A DNA stretch of 62,403 bases, counting the filler, from Rhabdomonas costata (Eukaryota): assembly GCA_019059605.1 (NCBI GenBank). It is 24 parts of 24 records of this genome, joined end to end, with 100 filler letters (N's around TTAATTAATTAA, not from the genome) between each part and the next. Parts side by side here need not be neighbours in the genome. Positions count along the whole stretch, not along the records: positions 26,059 to 28,563 come from JAHMHO010003103.1; positions 28,664 to 31,167 come from JAHMHO010003104.1; positions 31,268 to 33,771 come from JAHMHO010003105.1; positions 33,872 to 36,378 come from JAHMHO010003106.1; positions 36,479 to 38,982 come from JAHMHO010003107.1; positions 39,083 to 41,586 come from JAHMHO010003108.1; 18 more parts are not named here. One strand, written 5' to 3'. This document shows positions 26,059 to 39,449 of this stretch, piece by piece (positions within the stretch are counted from its first letter, which is position 1; each line of letters opens with the position of its first letter). A model generated the notes under the pieces. It saw only the letters and a list, made by a program, of their open reading frames with translations. It did no database searches and was not told where the DNA came from. A program made the translations under genes and the position numbers.

Positions 26059-26112
26059 GTGTTTTTTATCGAGCATTTCTGGAGTCCTTCAGAAATGCTC
26101 GATAAAAAGCAC
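26059..26112. repeat. 26-bp-arm inverted repeat at the contig start
   Basis: GTGTTTTTTATCGAGCATTTCTGGAG-TC-CTTCAGAAATGCTCGATAAAAAGCAC, two mismatches. Possibly an amplification fold-back. Confidence 0.8.
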
Positions 26113-26249
26113 TCACCATTGCTGCGAGTGTGTACACATCTGTCAACTCAAAAAAACTGCCACGGCTTTTATTTTTGAAGTTGTGAAAAAGAAGTAATTG
26201 CAGCTAAAAGAATTAATTCTACAAAACGTGGACTTTGCATCTTCTCCAG

Positions 26250-28124
26250 GGCAGCCCAGTCGCAGCAACAGCGCCGCGGAGGCTTCCGCGTCCGCCCAGG
26301 CGGAGATCTTGCCGATGAGCAAACTTCCCGCTGAGCTGTACGAGCTGTCGTACCTTCCCAACCCCGTGCAGGGCACTCCCAAGGTGGAGTTGGTGGCTCT
26401 GCCAGGGAGCTCTGTTGTGGACTCCTGCGATAGTGAGGAGGCTCTCCCACGGGCCCTTCGGATTGTTGTCTGGAAAGCCGTCTTCCTCGCCCATGCCGCG
26501 GCTCCGGTACGCCTCACCGCATGTGCTGTTCATTCCACAGACACAGACACACACACACACACACTCACACCCAACAGCGCGTGCGCCCGTCAGTCCACAG
26601 TGGTCACTAACAACCAAGCACCAGTCAACCAGGCAACAGGTGCACACTCCATACACCCCGTTCCAACCCCCGCACCCGACCGACCTACAACAACACCGAA
26701 CCACAGAAACGCCCAAGGCTAGGGAAAGATGCAGGCTGCGATCAAAGGTTCAAGACTGGCCAACTTCACGAGAACGCTGAACATGGCTCGAGGAAGCAAC
26801 CAATCACGCACACACACACACACACACCTACGGGGGCAGCACTCTCTTCTGTTCATTGTTTCTGGCGTTTGATGACATATCGTGCAATCTGGAAGGGTCC
26901 AAAGAAAGCCCTCTTTCTTGTGCTCACAGGAGAAGCCGATTAGCTTTGAGTTTCCCTCGAACCCGGAAGGGCAAGCGCAGCAAGGTCCTTTGCTTCTGTC
27001 TGTTGCCTCTGGGAAAATGAAGGGCTAACAATTGAATGGTCTTTGACAGCTTTTTAATCCACTACCCCCGCCCCACTTATCGTTTCCCGTCTATCCCTCG
27101 CCCAAATGGGTATGGTTTTGTTGGGAGGAGGTATAAACGGTATATCGCCGTCAAACGCCATTTATAATTGTTTGCGGTTTCGGGCTCTGAAATCAGAGAA
27201 CGTTTTTTGTGCCTTTTTCGGACTATTTCACCTTGGATGGTATTGCTGGTGGGACTGGCTGTAATGGACGATCAGATTGGGCAGGTTTGGGGCACGACCT
27301 TTCAGCAACACGCTTCTTCACTTTCGCCTGTTGTTTGCCTTCAATGGCACCTCTCCAAACAACCATCATACCCAAAAGCTTTTCAGAAGCGTATGATCAA
27401 GTGAGCATCGTGACCAGGGATGCAACTTTCCTCCGAGACGAGGCGGGGCGTGGGGCGTGCTTCTAGGTCGCTCAACGTCGCCCGCGAAGGCAGCACAGCC
27501 CGCGGCTCGTTCCGCGGACCTAACTTCCTCTTCGGACGATGCAGCAGTGGAGGATGCTGCGGGTGACGAGGACGCTGCGGACCTAATTGTAGTTGAGGAG
27601 GAGGGGTCCAGCGAGGCTCAGGCGCCAGCTGGCTCTTCCTCTCCCTCTTCCTCGGCAATCGCGCCAAACCCGGGCGCCGGCACGGAGAAGAATCCCCCAG
27701 ACTTGCTCGCTCTGTCTTCCTTCCTGACGGCTCAGTGGTATGTAACACGTGCGAGCGAGATTGCGCACGTTTGCGTAGTGACTGCCGAGTTTTTTGTGCT
27801 TCTTTCTTTTTCGTTCAAAGACGGTGTCCATCCGAAGTCTATCTGATTCAAATTATCACCCCGCTGCCTTCATCATAAACCTTCGGTTGGCCATAGTGAC
27901 GCTTTCCCAAACCAACCTTGATTTAGACAGTTAATTTAGTACTGCACGCGAGCCTCATGACTCGGGCGAAGAAAGTGGCAAGTGTGTGTTTTCTAAAGTC
28001 TGGAATGTTTTGAACAATATAGAGTTTTCTGCGTTGCTCTGCTGTCGTGTGGCAGGGAGAAGCAGCAGGACCGGGAGGAGTGTCACCCCTATTTTGGCAG
28101 GCCCTGCAGCATCGCGTGGATGAG
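26250..28124 (+). CDS. Hypothetical protein, four exons, partial
   Basis: Phase-compatible GT-AG exons 26250-26506, 26930-26984, 27467-27737, 28056-28124. GC-rich codons; no family recognised. Confidence 0.55.
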
Positions 28125-29080
28125 GTGCATATTTGCACTTCTAACCCCACACTCCACGACTTCCACCGTACATCATATACACAATCACCCGTGCAAACTT
28201 ATCTTGAAGGCTTTGGGGGGGCTTCCGTTCGTCAGGGTCTAGGTTGAAACCTTGAACGACTTCAAGGAAGCCACGGGACCAAAGGGTGCCGGGAATGGGA
28301 CCCATTGCTGAAGCGATGGTCTTGAATGATTTGTGGAAGGATGGGGGTGGGGAATTCAGTCATATCTGCGACTTGTGCTGACGATTTGTGCTTGATTGTG
28401 GTGTTTACCACTTTGGAGTCATATCATGGCCTGGGTTTCGCTATCGGGGCTTCCTGCAGTGAGAGCTCTGCCTTGCATCGGCAAGCAGGAAACACTGGCA
28501 GGGCCATGACCGTCTGGATACTGCAGCTCTATGTGCACGCGCACGTGCGTTTCCAACCACCACNNNNNNNNNNNNNNNNNNNNNNNNNNNNNNNNNNNNN
28601 NNNNNNNTTAATTAATTAANNNNNNNNNNNNNNNNNNNNNNNNNNNNNNNNNNNNNNNNNNNNTGTGGGTGGTCTCAAAAGTGCCAAGGTGGGGGGATGT
28701 TTTCCGCCTTCGCCCTTCGCCGCTACTTTTTGGGTTTTGAGGTTTAATTACTTTTCAAGTTTTGAAGCTTAATACTTCCCCATTTGCAACCTTGCAACAA
28801 CACCTTCAGGGCGTTGGAGTTCCCATTTAACCCCTGTGTTTTTGTGGGCTGTGTGCCGTACGAGTGCTGCTATAAGCTCTGTTTGAACTTTTGTACCATG
28901 TTGTACTGCTGATTTCATAAATTTTGAGCCTTCTTCCCGACGACTGTGTTGCTCTGTACAAAGCCTGCCCTTTTTTTTCCTGATGCCTTCCTAGTGCACT
29001 GGACTTCGGACACTGGAGACTGCAACGTTTTATTTCCAAATGTTTGCTTGGGCTTTAAGGTGTGTGCGGGGGGGGTGCAG

Positions 29081-29870
29081 GTGGAGATCGCACGATTCCG
29101 CGGTGCCGAGACTGAGCAGCTGCTGGAGCACGCTCTTCAGCGCGAGAAGGGCCTGCGGTTGGAGCTGGCGCAGTCCGCAAAGGTGCCCTGCCCTCCCCCA
29201 CACAGATGCCGTGGGGCATCCCATTCCCTACCCATTTCCTACCGAAAACCCGATCTTGTGAACATCTTCGTCTCGACTGACCTATTTCCTTTTTACTGGT
29301 TTCCTTTCTCCCCGTTTCACCCTTCCCTCGCCAGAAATTCTTCGCTTGTGACTTCCCCCCTTGCCCTCCCTCACTACTCATGTTCCCTTAACTCTGGGAT
29401 AGGATATTGTGCCGTACTAGTATTGATAAGCTGTTGGGCAACAGAGTTGAGGCACAGGTTGGTACGCTTTGCTGGTGTGGGCATGTGCAGAAGACCGCGG
29501 CCCTGGAGGCGACTTTGGAGGAGATCTCCGCGAAGAACGAGAAGATGAGGGAGGAGTACACTCTGATCTTCGACGCCGCGGCCCGCGAGTGCGATACTCT
29601 CCCTCCCCCAACAGAGGATTCGGAGGAAGAGGAGTGAGGGTTTCGTACTTGCAGAAGAGTTAGTTTGTTCGCCTTCAAGAAATGATAAGTGGTTGTGAGT
29701 ATGATGACAAGGATGAGGGTGAGGAAGATTAGGGGAGGGGGACAGCACCAAAAAATTTTAGTTTAGGGTTTCCCGCCTCTGGTCTGGTTCATTCCGCGCG
29801 CTTTTGTTACGCAGCTACAAGCGGAAGAGCACTGGGGAAGAGGAGGCCAAGTACTGGAAGGACCGCGCAG
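29081..29870 (+). CDS. Coiled-coil protein, three exons, partial
   Basis: Exons 29081-29182 (VEIARFRGAETEQLLEHALQREKGLRLELAQSAK), 29491-29588, 29816-~29870. Phase-compatible GT-AG. Confidence 0.6.
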
Positions 29871-30199
29871 TCTTTCTGGGTTTATGTGTTGTGTGTGTGT
29901 ACCAAGCCGTAAGTCGTAAGCCTGCATGTCTTTCCTTGCTACCCATGTACCAGTGCGCCGCTGTTTTTGGCCATCCAATGAGTTGTTAGCACATTTGGCT
30001 GTTGATGCGCCGCAGTGCTGCTGTGTGTCGCCTGGTGTTGATTTGCTTCATGTGTCTGTGTAGGCGTGATTGCGGCCGGGACAGCTTTGTGGTGTACAGC
30101 TTTGTGGTTTAAACGAGCTGTTGTGAAGTAGTATATGTGTGGATGTACCCCGTACCGGTAGGAGCTTTTGCAGGGGTTAGGTGGGGATGCACGTTTCTC

Positions 30200-30400
30200 C
30201 TGGGAATTCTAGTTGAAGGAGTTTTTTCCAGGATGTCTTGGGCCGCGAAGCGCTGCTCTCCGCTGTTCAAGATCCTGGTACAACGCTGGGCTTCGTAATA
30301 ATATTGGGGCTTTACCACACCCACAAACAAACGCTTCTTCACAGAGGAGAAGTACTTCCAGGCCCTTGGGGCGTCCCGGGACAAACTGGATGGAAAGGAC
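30200..30400 (-). mobile_element. Frameshifted remnant of a Tc1/mariner-IS630-like (DDE_3-type) transposase
   Basis: VPGRPKGLEVLL in one frame, then RCTRILNSGEQRFAAQDILEK in another. Resembles the 'G.PKG+..VL.ERG..CC.R.+L....DF.AQ...LE' segment that precedes the last catalytic residue in this group. Confidence 0.4.
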
Positions 30401-32262
30401 CGTGAATGCGAGCAGCTTCGCTCTCGGGTGCAGAAACTCTACCTGCTGCGAAGATGGTTGTGTGTGTGCTTGGGGTATCCGGCTGGTTTTCTTTTTGCGA
30501 GAATTCGGGCCCAAAGAAAGCAGATAAACACTCCCGGCAAACAGAATCATCGGTATGCAATGCGCTGACGTTTAGTGCAATTTAGTGCAAATTCTGCCTA
30601 AAGTTCGACGTTTTTGCTTTGGCTCGTTCCTCCGCTAGAGCCTTCCATATTACCAGGGGTTCATTCTTTTTTCCTATATGTTGCAACCAGGTTCTCTGGT
30701 AATGAGGGTTCCGTTCACTGCAACAGCCACTACCGAAGCAAGGGGATCTTGTGAAGTGTGTATGTGGGAGGGGGAGGGGTGTTCCAGCCAGAGAATTCTC
30801 AGGGCGTTGGAGGGCGCGGCTGGTTCCCCTTGATTCGAAAAACACTCGTGACAATTGTTTGGATGTCAGGACTGCTTAAGATCTTCAGTGTTCTTTACTG
30901 TTCACCGCGTTGCTGCTGCATCGGTTTTATTTCGCGATGGTCTCCTTTTTGCCATTGTTTTGCTTTTTGACGGGCACCCACACAGATGCCCACCACTTCA
31001 GAAGATCTGAAACAAACCTCTTCCTTTCCAGCCACTACTCTCCCTACCTTCCTTCGCATCCACTACCACCCATACAAAAACACACCACAGGGAGCGAATT
31101 CACTTCGAGCAGGAGCGGCAGCAGCAGCAGCTGGCTAGCGAGGCCTCGGGCTCCCCCCACCACCCCCNNNNNNNNNNNNNNNNNNNNNNNNNNNNNNNNN
31201 NNNNNNNNNNNTTAATTAATTAANNNNNNNNNNNNNNNNNNNNNNNNNNNNNNNNNNNNNNNNNNNNTTGTGTTCTTTGTTGTAAAAAGAATTATTGCTC
31301 GCATTCTCCGCGGACCCTGAACACTCTGCGCTTAACAACCTTCGTCTGTTTTTAAGGGGCTTTGCAAATTGCGTCCAAAGTCCTGCCTCAAGTCTGGCGC
31401 CGACCAACCGAAAAGGCATTGGATCCCGAGCAACAGCGTGATCGGAAATGAAACAAGTTCATGATTGCTGCCTTTCAGCCTTCACCGACACACCACACAC
31501 GCCAGTCAGAAAAATGCAGACTACTCAAACCGCAAACTCATGCATCACCCAAAAATGCGGCAGCTGCAGCCACGCAAACTGCCCAGTGCCGTGAGCGGGG
31601 CCTTCACAGTCGATTTTTTGAGGATATTTGAATTAAACACAGATTCTTCAGAAGCTCTCCACCTCCATTACACCTACAAAACCACATTTAATCGATTTTT
31701 GCAGCGCTAGAGAACAGCGGTAGCAAATTTGTTTAGTCTACAATCCGAAAACTGAGTCAGTTGCACTAGCATAACCGTTCAAGAGCTCGCGTGTACAGAC
31801 GATTGAGTATGTTACTTATGTGTAGGTCGTTTGGGAACACATGCACTGAGCAGCACGCACGATTTTGTTTTATTTTTCTCCCCTTACATATGTTACACCA
31901 TACAACTCCCACTTCCTACCAAAATCACTCCACCGCCATCGGAACTTCGCTTATCCCATGGCTTGGTGCATCTCTTTGCTCCTCTCTGGCTCTGGAGCTC
32001 TCAAACACATCAATACCACCCACCCACCCACTCACACAAACTGAGTTGAAGGTGTGAATGGGCCTTGGATCGAATCAGGGCTCGAATGAATAATTGCGGT
32101 CTCCCAAGCTGGTCTCTCTCTCAAGCACAAGATGGTGAAGGGAACACTGCGGAACACGGGTGCCTGTGTGTGTGGGAGACATATGCCTCCGTCTCGGCGC
32201 GCTTAAATAACTCGTTCCGTGGCAAAGCTTGGGCAGGGGAGGGTCACACAACCATAACACAC

Positions 32263-33597
32263 CGAATGTGAGGCAGGTCCGCCTCGTCCCACTCTAACCA
32301 TAGGGACATCAGTCTCCGCTGCATCTCCATCGCCGCCCCCACGGCGGCCGCCGGGTAGCCCTTCACGGAGCGCGGGGCGTTCCAAAGCGCCATAATGCAA
32401 TCCCCGATAAACTGAAAAGCAGAGGAAGAATGAACTGGATACCGAAGGGGTACAATAATGCAGTTGCGGGCGAGGCTCTAAGTTAAGTGTGACTGAATTT
32501 GAGTCATGACAATGTTCGCGCGCGAGAGAAGAAGATGGCGGAGAAGGGGGAAAACGGGAAATAAAACGGATAGAAACGAAAAAGCGCCCTGGCCAAGACT
32601 GTGCAGCATGAGTACTTGCACGGGGAGTCACATAATCAGGAGCTCACAGGATGCCCCGCCCGGAGCAGCAAAATTCCGGCGTTCGCAGAGCGCTAATCAT
32701 GTGTTCAGATCAGTTTTCAGAAGCGGACTTCGCGTCACAGTGGTCTGGAGAAGGACTCATAATGCTCAGGGCTTCACCGGAAGACACAAAGAAACGAATT
32801 GCGACAGAATTGCGACACCTTGTCCAAGGTCCCTGAAGTGTGAACAATCGCTTCACACATGGAATGAAGGTACCTGTGGAAAGGCGAAAGTCGAAGTAAA
32901 GGAACAGGAACAGGCCGGGGATTACGGTCACCAGTGTCTAGAGTTGTTCTTTTTTTAGTTCAACTTGAAAAAGGCTCTGAGCTCCGCTGTTGTGGTTGTA
33001 ATCTATTGGGCGTGTGCTCGGCAAGGAAACTCTCGCCCTTTAGCTTAGCTCTGGCAACAACAAAGTTGAAAAAAGCTACCCCGATGGTGAGTTTGAAATT
33101 TTGAAAGATTGCAGAAGAAAAACTAACGATATGTTTTCAAGTCGCACAGTCAGATGGGTGCAATCTGTCACACCACAAGGACCGCATTACGGGGATCAGC
33201 AAGGGTTTCCGTCTTCTTTAGCAGTGGTCGACTCACATACCGGACATGAAGCGCATCTCAAGTAGTGCCATATTCGAAGAAGAGTCGAAAATGAAAAACA
33301 AAGGGAAAAAAGAAAAGAAACAAAATTTGCAGGCTGCGCTTTCCCAGCGTGGTTGGGGCCAGCCTCCAGAAGTTTGGAAAACCTGAAAACCCACAGGCTC
33401 TTAAAAATACTCACTGAGTCATCAGCTGCACAAGCTGCTCGGACAGGATTCGTTCGCACAGCGTGGAGAACCCCTCGATGTCAGCGAACATAATGCTGAC
33501 CACCTTGCGGACCATGACACTTCCCACTTCCATCGATCCCGTCAGCATCATCTTCACGACGTCTCTGGGCACATACTTCATGAAGGCCTTCATCCCT
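32263..33597 (-). CDS. Class III adenylate cyclase, bacterial-like subtype (partial)
   Basis: Exons 33597-33415 (MKAFMKYVPRDVV..VSIMFADIEGFSTLCE), 32873-32819 (YLHSMCEAIVHTSGTLDK), 32411-32263 (FIGDCIMALWNAP..EWDEADLPHIR). Both metal-binding Asp residues and the ATP-specifying Lys are present. Confidence 0.9.
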
Positions 33598-33970
33598 CTG
33601 AAAGCAAGTCGGCAACTGGCACGCATGTACGAAAACAAAAACTGCGCCTTTGTTGTCCTTCTGTGTTCACGTCTTCTTTCTTCTCCCTCGTTTGCTCTAG
33701 TGACGATCGCACAGTGCTGACTCCTATACCGCGGTTCTGCGACCTTACGCTGTTCAAAAAACCACAAAAAANNNNNNNNNNNNNNNNNNNNNNNNNNNNN
33801 NNNNNNNNNNNNNNNTTAATTAATTAANNNNNNNNNNNNNNNNNNNNNNNNNNNNNNNNNNNNNNNNNNNNTTGTGGTGGTGACCACTGGGGACTGACTG
33901 GCGCACGCGCTGTTGGCCACGGGTGCTCGCGAGAGGTGCCGTTGGAGCGAACGGTGGTGTGTGTGGGGGT

Positions 33971-34015
33971 TATGTCTCGAGACATATTTGGCTTGATAAA
34001 GTGCCCTTAAGCCCG
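33971..34015 (+). repeat. Solo arm of family D repeat
   Basis: TATGTCTCGAGACATATTTGGCTTGATAAAGTGCCCTTAAGCCCG matches 55149-55192. Confidence 0.75.
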
Positions 34016-34056
34016 GCTTCATCCACCCAGATGCAATTGTTTGTGGTGCCTTTCAG

Positions 34057-36222
34057 GGGGTGTTATATGCCTATCGCTGTGGCGGAGCCGCCTGGAGCAC
34101 CAGCGAGCCCTGAAAGCACGGCACTCCCAGCTGGAAGCCTTTGAGAACCTCCTGAAGACCATTCTGCCACCAGTAATCGCTGACCGCCTCCTGCAGGATT
34201 CGGGGTACCTCCCACTGCCCTTCACCTCCATTGCTTCTTGGAACGCTTTTGTTTACAGGGGAAACGCATGAGACATAACATGGTACGTTTGAAATTTTTA
34301 TGTGTCAGCTGTGCCTCAAAACTATCTGCGCAATTTCGTTGGATTTCTTCTTGTTGGATTTCGCCAAATCACTGAAAGCAGAGGGACGATGGGAAAACTC
34401 AATCATAGATCCACTCGCCCACAGTGGCGCACGCACACCCAACCGGAAACAGACAAAACCAATAAATCAGCCGTATGAACAGAGAACCCCACAGTGTACC
34501 ACATCTCCTCTCTTAGACGCCGGAGCGGAACCGTCTCACCAAGTCGACTGCCCCCGATAGGGACGAGGGGAGGGGAGCAAAGGGACAGTGTGGCCTGGGC
34601 TTTTTGCAGACACGAGACTCTCATTGCGGCGTCGTACACTGAGGTCGCCGTGCTGCTTGCTGACCTGGAAGGCTTTACTCCACTGTGTGCGGGGATGACG
34701 GCGACGGCGGTGGTGGAGATGCTGGACAGCCTGTTCCGCCGCATCGACACCGTCGCCGTGGAATCTGGAGTGGAGAAGATCAAAACCATTGGTCAACACA
34801 CCTCCTCTGTCTCTCTGGAAACTCTAACTGGCGAAAGTGGCTGACAAGCGGGAAGCAGGAGAAACGTCCCCCGGAATTGACCGGAATGTTCTTTGGTGCC
34901 ATATAAATAATTAATTCACAGCAGTGGCAGCTGCTTTCGGGTGCGAGAAAATTCTCATTGCACCGTGCACTTTGAGAGTGCCATTCCAAGATACAACCAT
35001 GGGTGGGAAGTTACCAATCAGAATTTCCACGCATATGGACCCGAACCGGCCGGTCGAGATCACATTTTGAAACTCAAGCTCTGGAGAGAGAGAGAGAGAA
35101 TTTCAGAATGAATAAAATGCGACAATTTTTTCGACGTTTTTTTTTTGGGAATAAATCATAAAACCGGATGATGCTCTGCAGGGGACTGCTACTTCGCGGT
35201 GTGCGGCTGCCCCTTGCCCTGCGTCGAGCCCTGCGTGCGGATGGTGGACTTTGGGAAGCAGCTGGTCCGGATCGCTCTGCAAGTGGGCCAAGAGCTTGAG
35301 CGCAGCCTGAACTTCCGGGTGGGGATCCACCTGGGCCCCGTGATTGCGGGGGTCATTGGCCGCAGCAAGGTGTGCAGCAAGCTGGAAGAAGGGACCCCCA
35401 GGACCCCTCATCGCTCAGTGGGGAGCAGTTTGTGGGAATGGCGTGCTCGCCTTTTTTTCTTGACAGGCTACCGCCTGTCTGCCGACAGGGTGGTTAGTGT
35501 GCTTCAGCACTTTCTCGTGTGCGTTCAAGCCCATTCGATCACTCGACCATCAACGGCATCACCAAAAGACCAGAAGTCAGCAACTGCAGCAATTGGTGAG
35601 TCGATTTCCCCCAGAAAACATGTTCGGGCTGTCGGGCAGCACTGCTTTCCTTTTCCCTCGCTGTTCCCTGCCTTCTTCCCCTACCCATTGTGAATTGCTG
35701 CGACTTCATGGCTGTCCAGTTGTTACCTCTCCGAACATCCAACAACGTTTGGCTTTTTACGGAGGTGTTTGTTGCCGCATTGCGTCGCTTTGCTTCTTTT
35801 CGCTGCGCAGTTTTCCTTTGACGTATGGGGGGAGACGGTCAACCTCGCTGGGAGGCTGCAGGTCACCACAGAGCCGAACACAATCCACTCAACCGAGGAG
35901 GTGTACCAGCTCACTCATCTCAGGTCTGCCTTCGCGCTCGGAAGCACCGTCTTTCCTCTCGAGTTTGTGAGAGGCACACCCTTCCTTATCCCAATTTCTA
36001 TGTGTGAACGAGCAGCTGTTGCTGGTAAGGTTGGCCTGCCTTGCTCTTTGTTTGGCTTTGATTTAGTGATTCGATCGTGTCATTTCTCATAAAAAAAGGC
36101 ATCGCTGGAGACCTGCCGAGGCGCTGCCCGTCGGAGAGTACCTTACTGTGCAGACGTACACGCTGGACATGAGCTCCGCCGCAGTGGCACCGTTTAGCAT
36201 GTGCGGCCAGTATGTCCCCTGA
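34057..36222 (+). CDS. Class III adenylate cyclase, C-terminal five exons
   Basis: Exons 34057-34204, 34610-34791, 35182-35369, 35811-35923, 36099-36222(TGA). Motifs LLKTILPPVIADRL, VLLADLEGFT, VEKIKTIGDCY, FRVGIHLGPVIAGVIG, FDVWGETVNLAGRLQ. Confidence 0.93.
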
Positions 36223-37271
36223 CGCCCGCACGCATATTCCACACGCCATTGGCTGTGAAAATGAAAATATTTAGGACCTTGCCATCTTTTAATCACGAAT
36301 TACCCGTTTTCGGCTTTCTGAAACAGGCTTGGTATGGATCGCCATCACTCCAGGAGTAATGGCGATCCACACCAAACCNNNNNNNNNNNNNNNNNNNNNN
36401 NNNNNNNNNNNNNNNNNNNNNNTTAATTAATTAANNNNNNNNNNNNNNNNNNNNNNNNNNNNNNNNNNNNNNNNNNNNGGGGTTGTAAAAGCGTCTTTTG
36501 TTGCTCAGCGCTGTGTTGTGTTTAGGAGAGTGCGTGAGATGTGTCCAGGAGCAAAAGAAAACGACCTTAACACGGCTATTCTGGCCTTCTTGTTTCTTTT
36601 GGAAATCAAATGTCACACACATACACACACCTTAAACCACACGGCAAGGTGAAGCTGGCACAGCTGCAGGCCCTCGTTGAGACCAGGGAGTGAGCAGCTG
36701 CCATAGGCTGAGGTTCCATTGAGGAACAGAGAGGGTCGCATTATGTGTTTTTCAGCGGCTGCCCATTATAAACAGAAAATGGTGTCTGGTAAGCAAGTAC
36801 GCGTCGTCGAACCCGTGAAGATGATTTTGTAGAAAAGGTTGCCAGTGGTGACCCCAGATCAGGAAGTTCAAAATAGTCAAAATGCACGCACCAAAAATGA
36901 TCGCAAGCCGCACCCATCAATCAACAGACACTTGTGTCCAAGAGCAGACATAGACTCGCATGAAATTGGGTTCCGCAGACATATAGCCGCACCATGAGAT
37001 CGCGAAATTTTTTTTAAATACACTTCCACAAAATCGGGAACCAGCAACTCTTCCCGTTCAATCCATTCAATTCGATGATCCCCTGTTCTGAAAATTGGGC
37101 AGGCAGAGCGAAGCTCCCCCGATTGTGCACACCCCCTCGCAGAGAAGAGTTTTAGGACATTGTTGAGGCCACAGCGACCCCCAGAGCACAAGACAGTGAC
37201 ACTACAACACTACAGTGCGCCACAGAACCCACACGATCGCTTCAGGCTCCGACACCACCGCTCGGACACTG

Positions 37272-38921
37272 CTAGGACGTCAGCTGGCTCCTCGCCTGCG
37301 CGACCTCGTGAAGCAGATCGCTAAGCTGAGCAACGGTGCAGTGCTGCGAGCCGTGGGTAACCTTGTATATCTGCAGGGCACGGTCCAGGCTTGAAAATGC
37401 CAGCTCTACATTTCCCTCACACCTGAAATGTAAAAAGGGGAAGGAATTTGCAGGCAGAAAGAGAAATATAACCATAACCGTGTTGGCGACAAGCACCAGA
37501 AAGGGTGCATCCTCGAAATTTAAGTAAGAAGTGCAATAGGACAGCGACCCTTACTCGCGGAGAAGATAAACATTTACGCTGCAAAGCAGAGATCGCAACC
37601 ACCCGCAACAACACCTTGGACACAATTCACAACTACACATTCGACTGCGACAGTAAACTTTATTTCAAAATCGGAGGGTGTCTCTTATCTTTCAGGTGGC
37701 ACGAGTAAACGTCCTGATACGTTTATGTTCTTACGGGAATGGCAGACCTCCATCCAACCTATGATAGGATGTCACAAGAACTCAATGCACAAAGTTATGT
37801 ATGGTTCACGTTGTTTTAGGAAGGAAACGTGTAAGTGACAAAGCAATTCAATTCTTCGAAACTAACACGAGCTTCTCGGAGTGTAGCCAAAAACAAACCA
37901 TGCAAGCTTGCCCAGCGTGTAGTACTGCAACGCCAGGGTGGGATGGTTCCCTCGGTATACAACTGCAGAAGAAAAATCAGCGAGAAGCAATTTAGAGCGG
38001 ATCTTCACTCTTCAACCGACCCCCATCTCTTTTGGGACCCTCTAGACCATTGTTGAGCAAATGCTACTAAGTAACAACGGAGCTGACTAACCAGCACAAG
38101 GGCATGGGCACGACCTTAATGACAACGGCGCTGGGTTCTCGAAGGTTCAGAAGCTATTCAGGCTCCAACCACACACCGTCAATTGAATCCTTCATCGATG
38201 ATGGGGGGAGTATCAATTGCTGGAAAACTCCAGTTCAGCATCAATGTTGGCCAGGCAGGAAAACCAAAGGGTAAGCAGCGGACGAAAGAATTCATAGCAA
38301 TTGGAGCAGAGCGACACGGGGGGGGGGCACAAACATTCGTAATAAGGCATGGACAGCGAGCAGAACTTCAGCGCTGAGGAGAAGTCTTGCTGGTCAATGC
38401 AGCACCGCAGAAGACTACCCAGGGTCTCCATAGCACACTGCATACATGCACACTGCGAACAATAGCACCTACAAATCAGACAACCGTGGATGAGATCTTA
38501 CAGCCATTAGTTTCTTCCACGCTCACGAGCTGTGCTCGATACCGTTAAAGTGGCTCAATGGTGGCCTTTGATATTAACGAGGTGACGATCATATCATCAT
38601 AAAGTTATTATATTTCCTTGACAGCTTTCAGGGTCCGAAAGGGAAGCGGAAGAAGGGAAATTTTGTCACTGCAGAGCACTGGAAAAGCACCACATATGTG
38701 AACTGTCCGGAACCATGAGCACAGTTCACTCATTTGGCCATTCCGACGTAGCAGCCCTTCCGCTTTCAGTAAACGTTCGTGACAAGAAAGGTGGCACAAA
38801 TGGATGTGTGAGCCTGCGCCCATGAAAAAAAGAAGGCGATGTCGTACCTGGTGGAGTGGGCCCACAGCGCCTTTCTGAAGGCTCAGGGCCTTCAATAGTT
38901 TCTCACGCGCCTCCGTCAGCT
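37272..38921 (-). CDS. SMYD-like (SET-MYND) protein, C-terminal TPR-like domain
   Basis: Exons 38921-38848, 38437-38335, 37962-37899, 37422-37272(TAG) give ..CIDQQDFSSALKFC..PYYEFVYRGNHPTLALQYYTLGKLAW..LDRALQIYKVTHGSQH. The SET domain is not in the contig. Confidence 0.78.
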
Positions 38922-39449
38922 CTGGAAAAGACAAGAGTTGAAGCGTCACAGAGCACGGAAGTGCTGCCAAAGTCCACACGCANNNNNNNNNNNNNNNNNN
39001 NNNNNNNNNNNNNNNNNNNNNNNNNNTTAATTAATTAANNNNNNNNNNNNNNNNNNNNNNNNNNNNNNNNNNNNNNNNNNNNTAAATGTAACAACAGTCT
39101 ATATTTTACATTCATCTATTTTATCACACAACATCATCTTCCATCATATTCACACTGGTAAGTCACATTAGTTTCAACGCCAGTCTAATTTCTATGTCGG
39201 ATTCTACGTGTCGTTTTATCACCAAGACTTAACAGCAAATTACATTAAGTTAAATTCAAACGTTTGTTTTTTGAAATTCTGTTTCGTTGTATTTCCTCTG
39301 GTACAACACCCACAGGAGAAAAATGGCAAGTTCACTTGCCAAGTGGCAGCATAAAAACAAACATAAAAACAGACAAAACTAACGGCAAATCACAAGGTTA
39401 CACGAGCGCCATAAAACATGAAACTTTGCTGCTTGAATCAGCTATGTAA

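Noticed and set aside
32060-32130. LGRPQLFIR as a cyclase exon needing non-canonical splicing
   Set aside because: The equivalent motif (EWDEADLPHIR) is already encoded in the preceding exon, which ends at a normal GT (32262).
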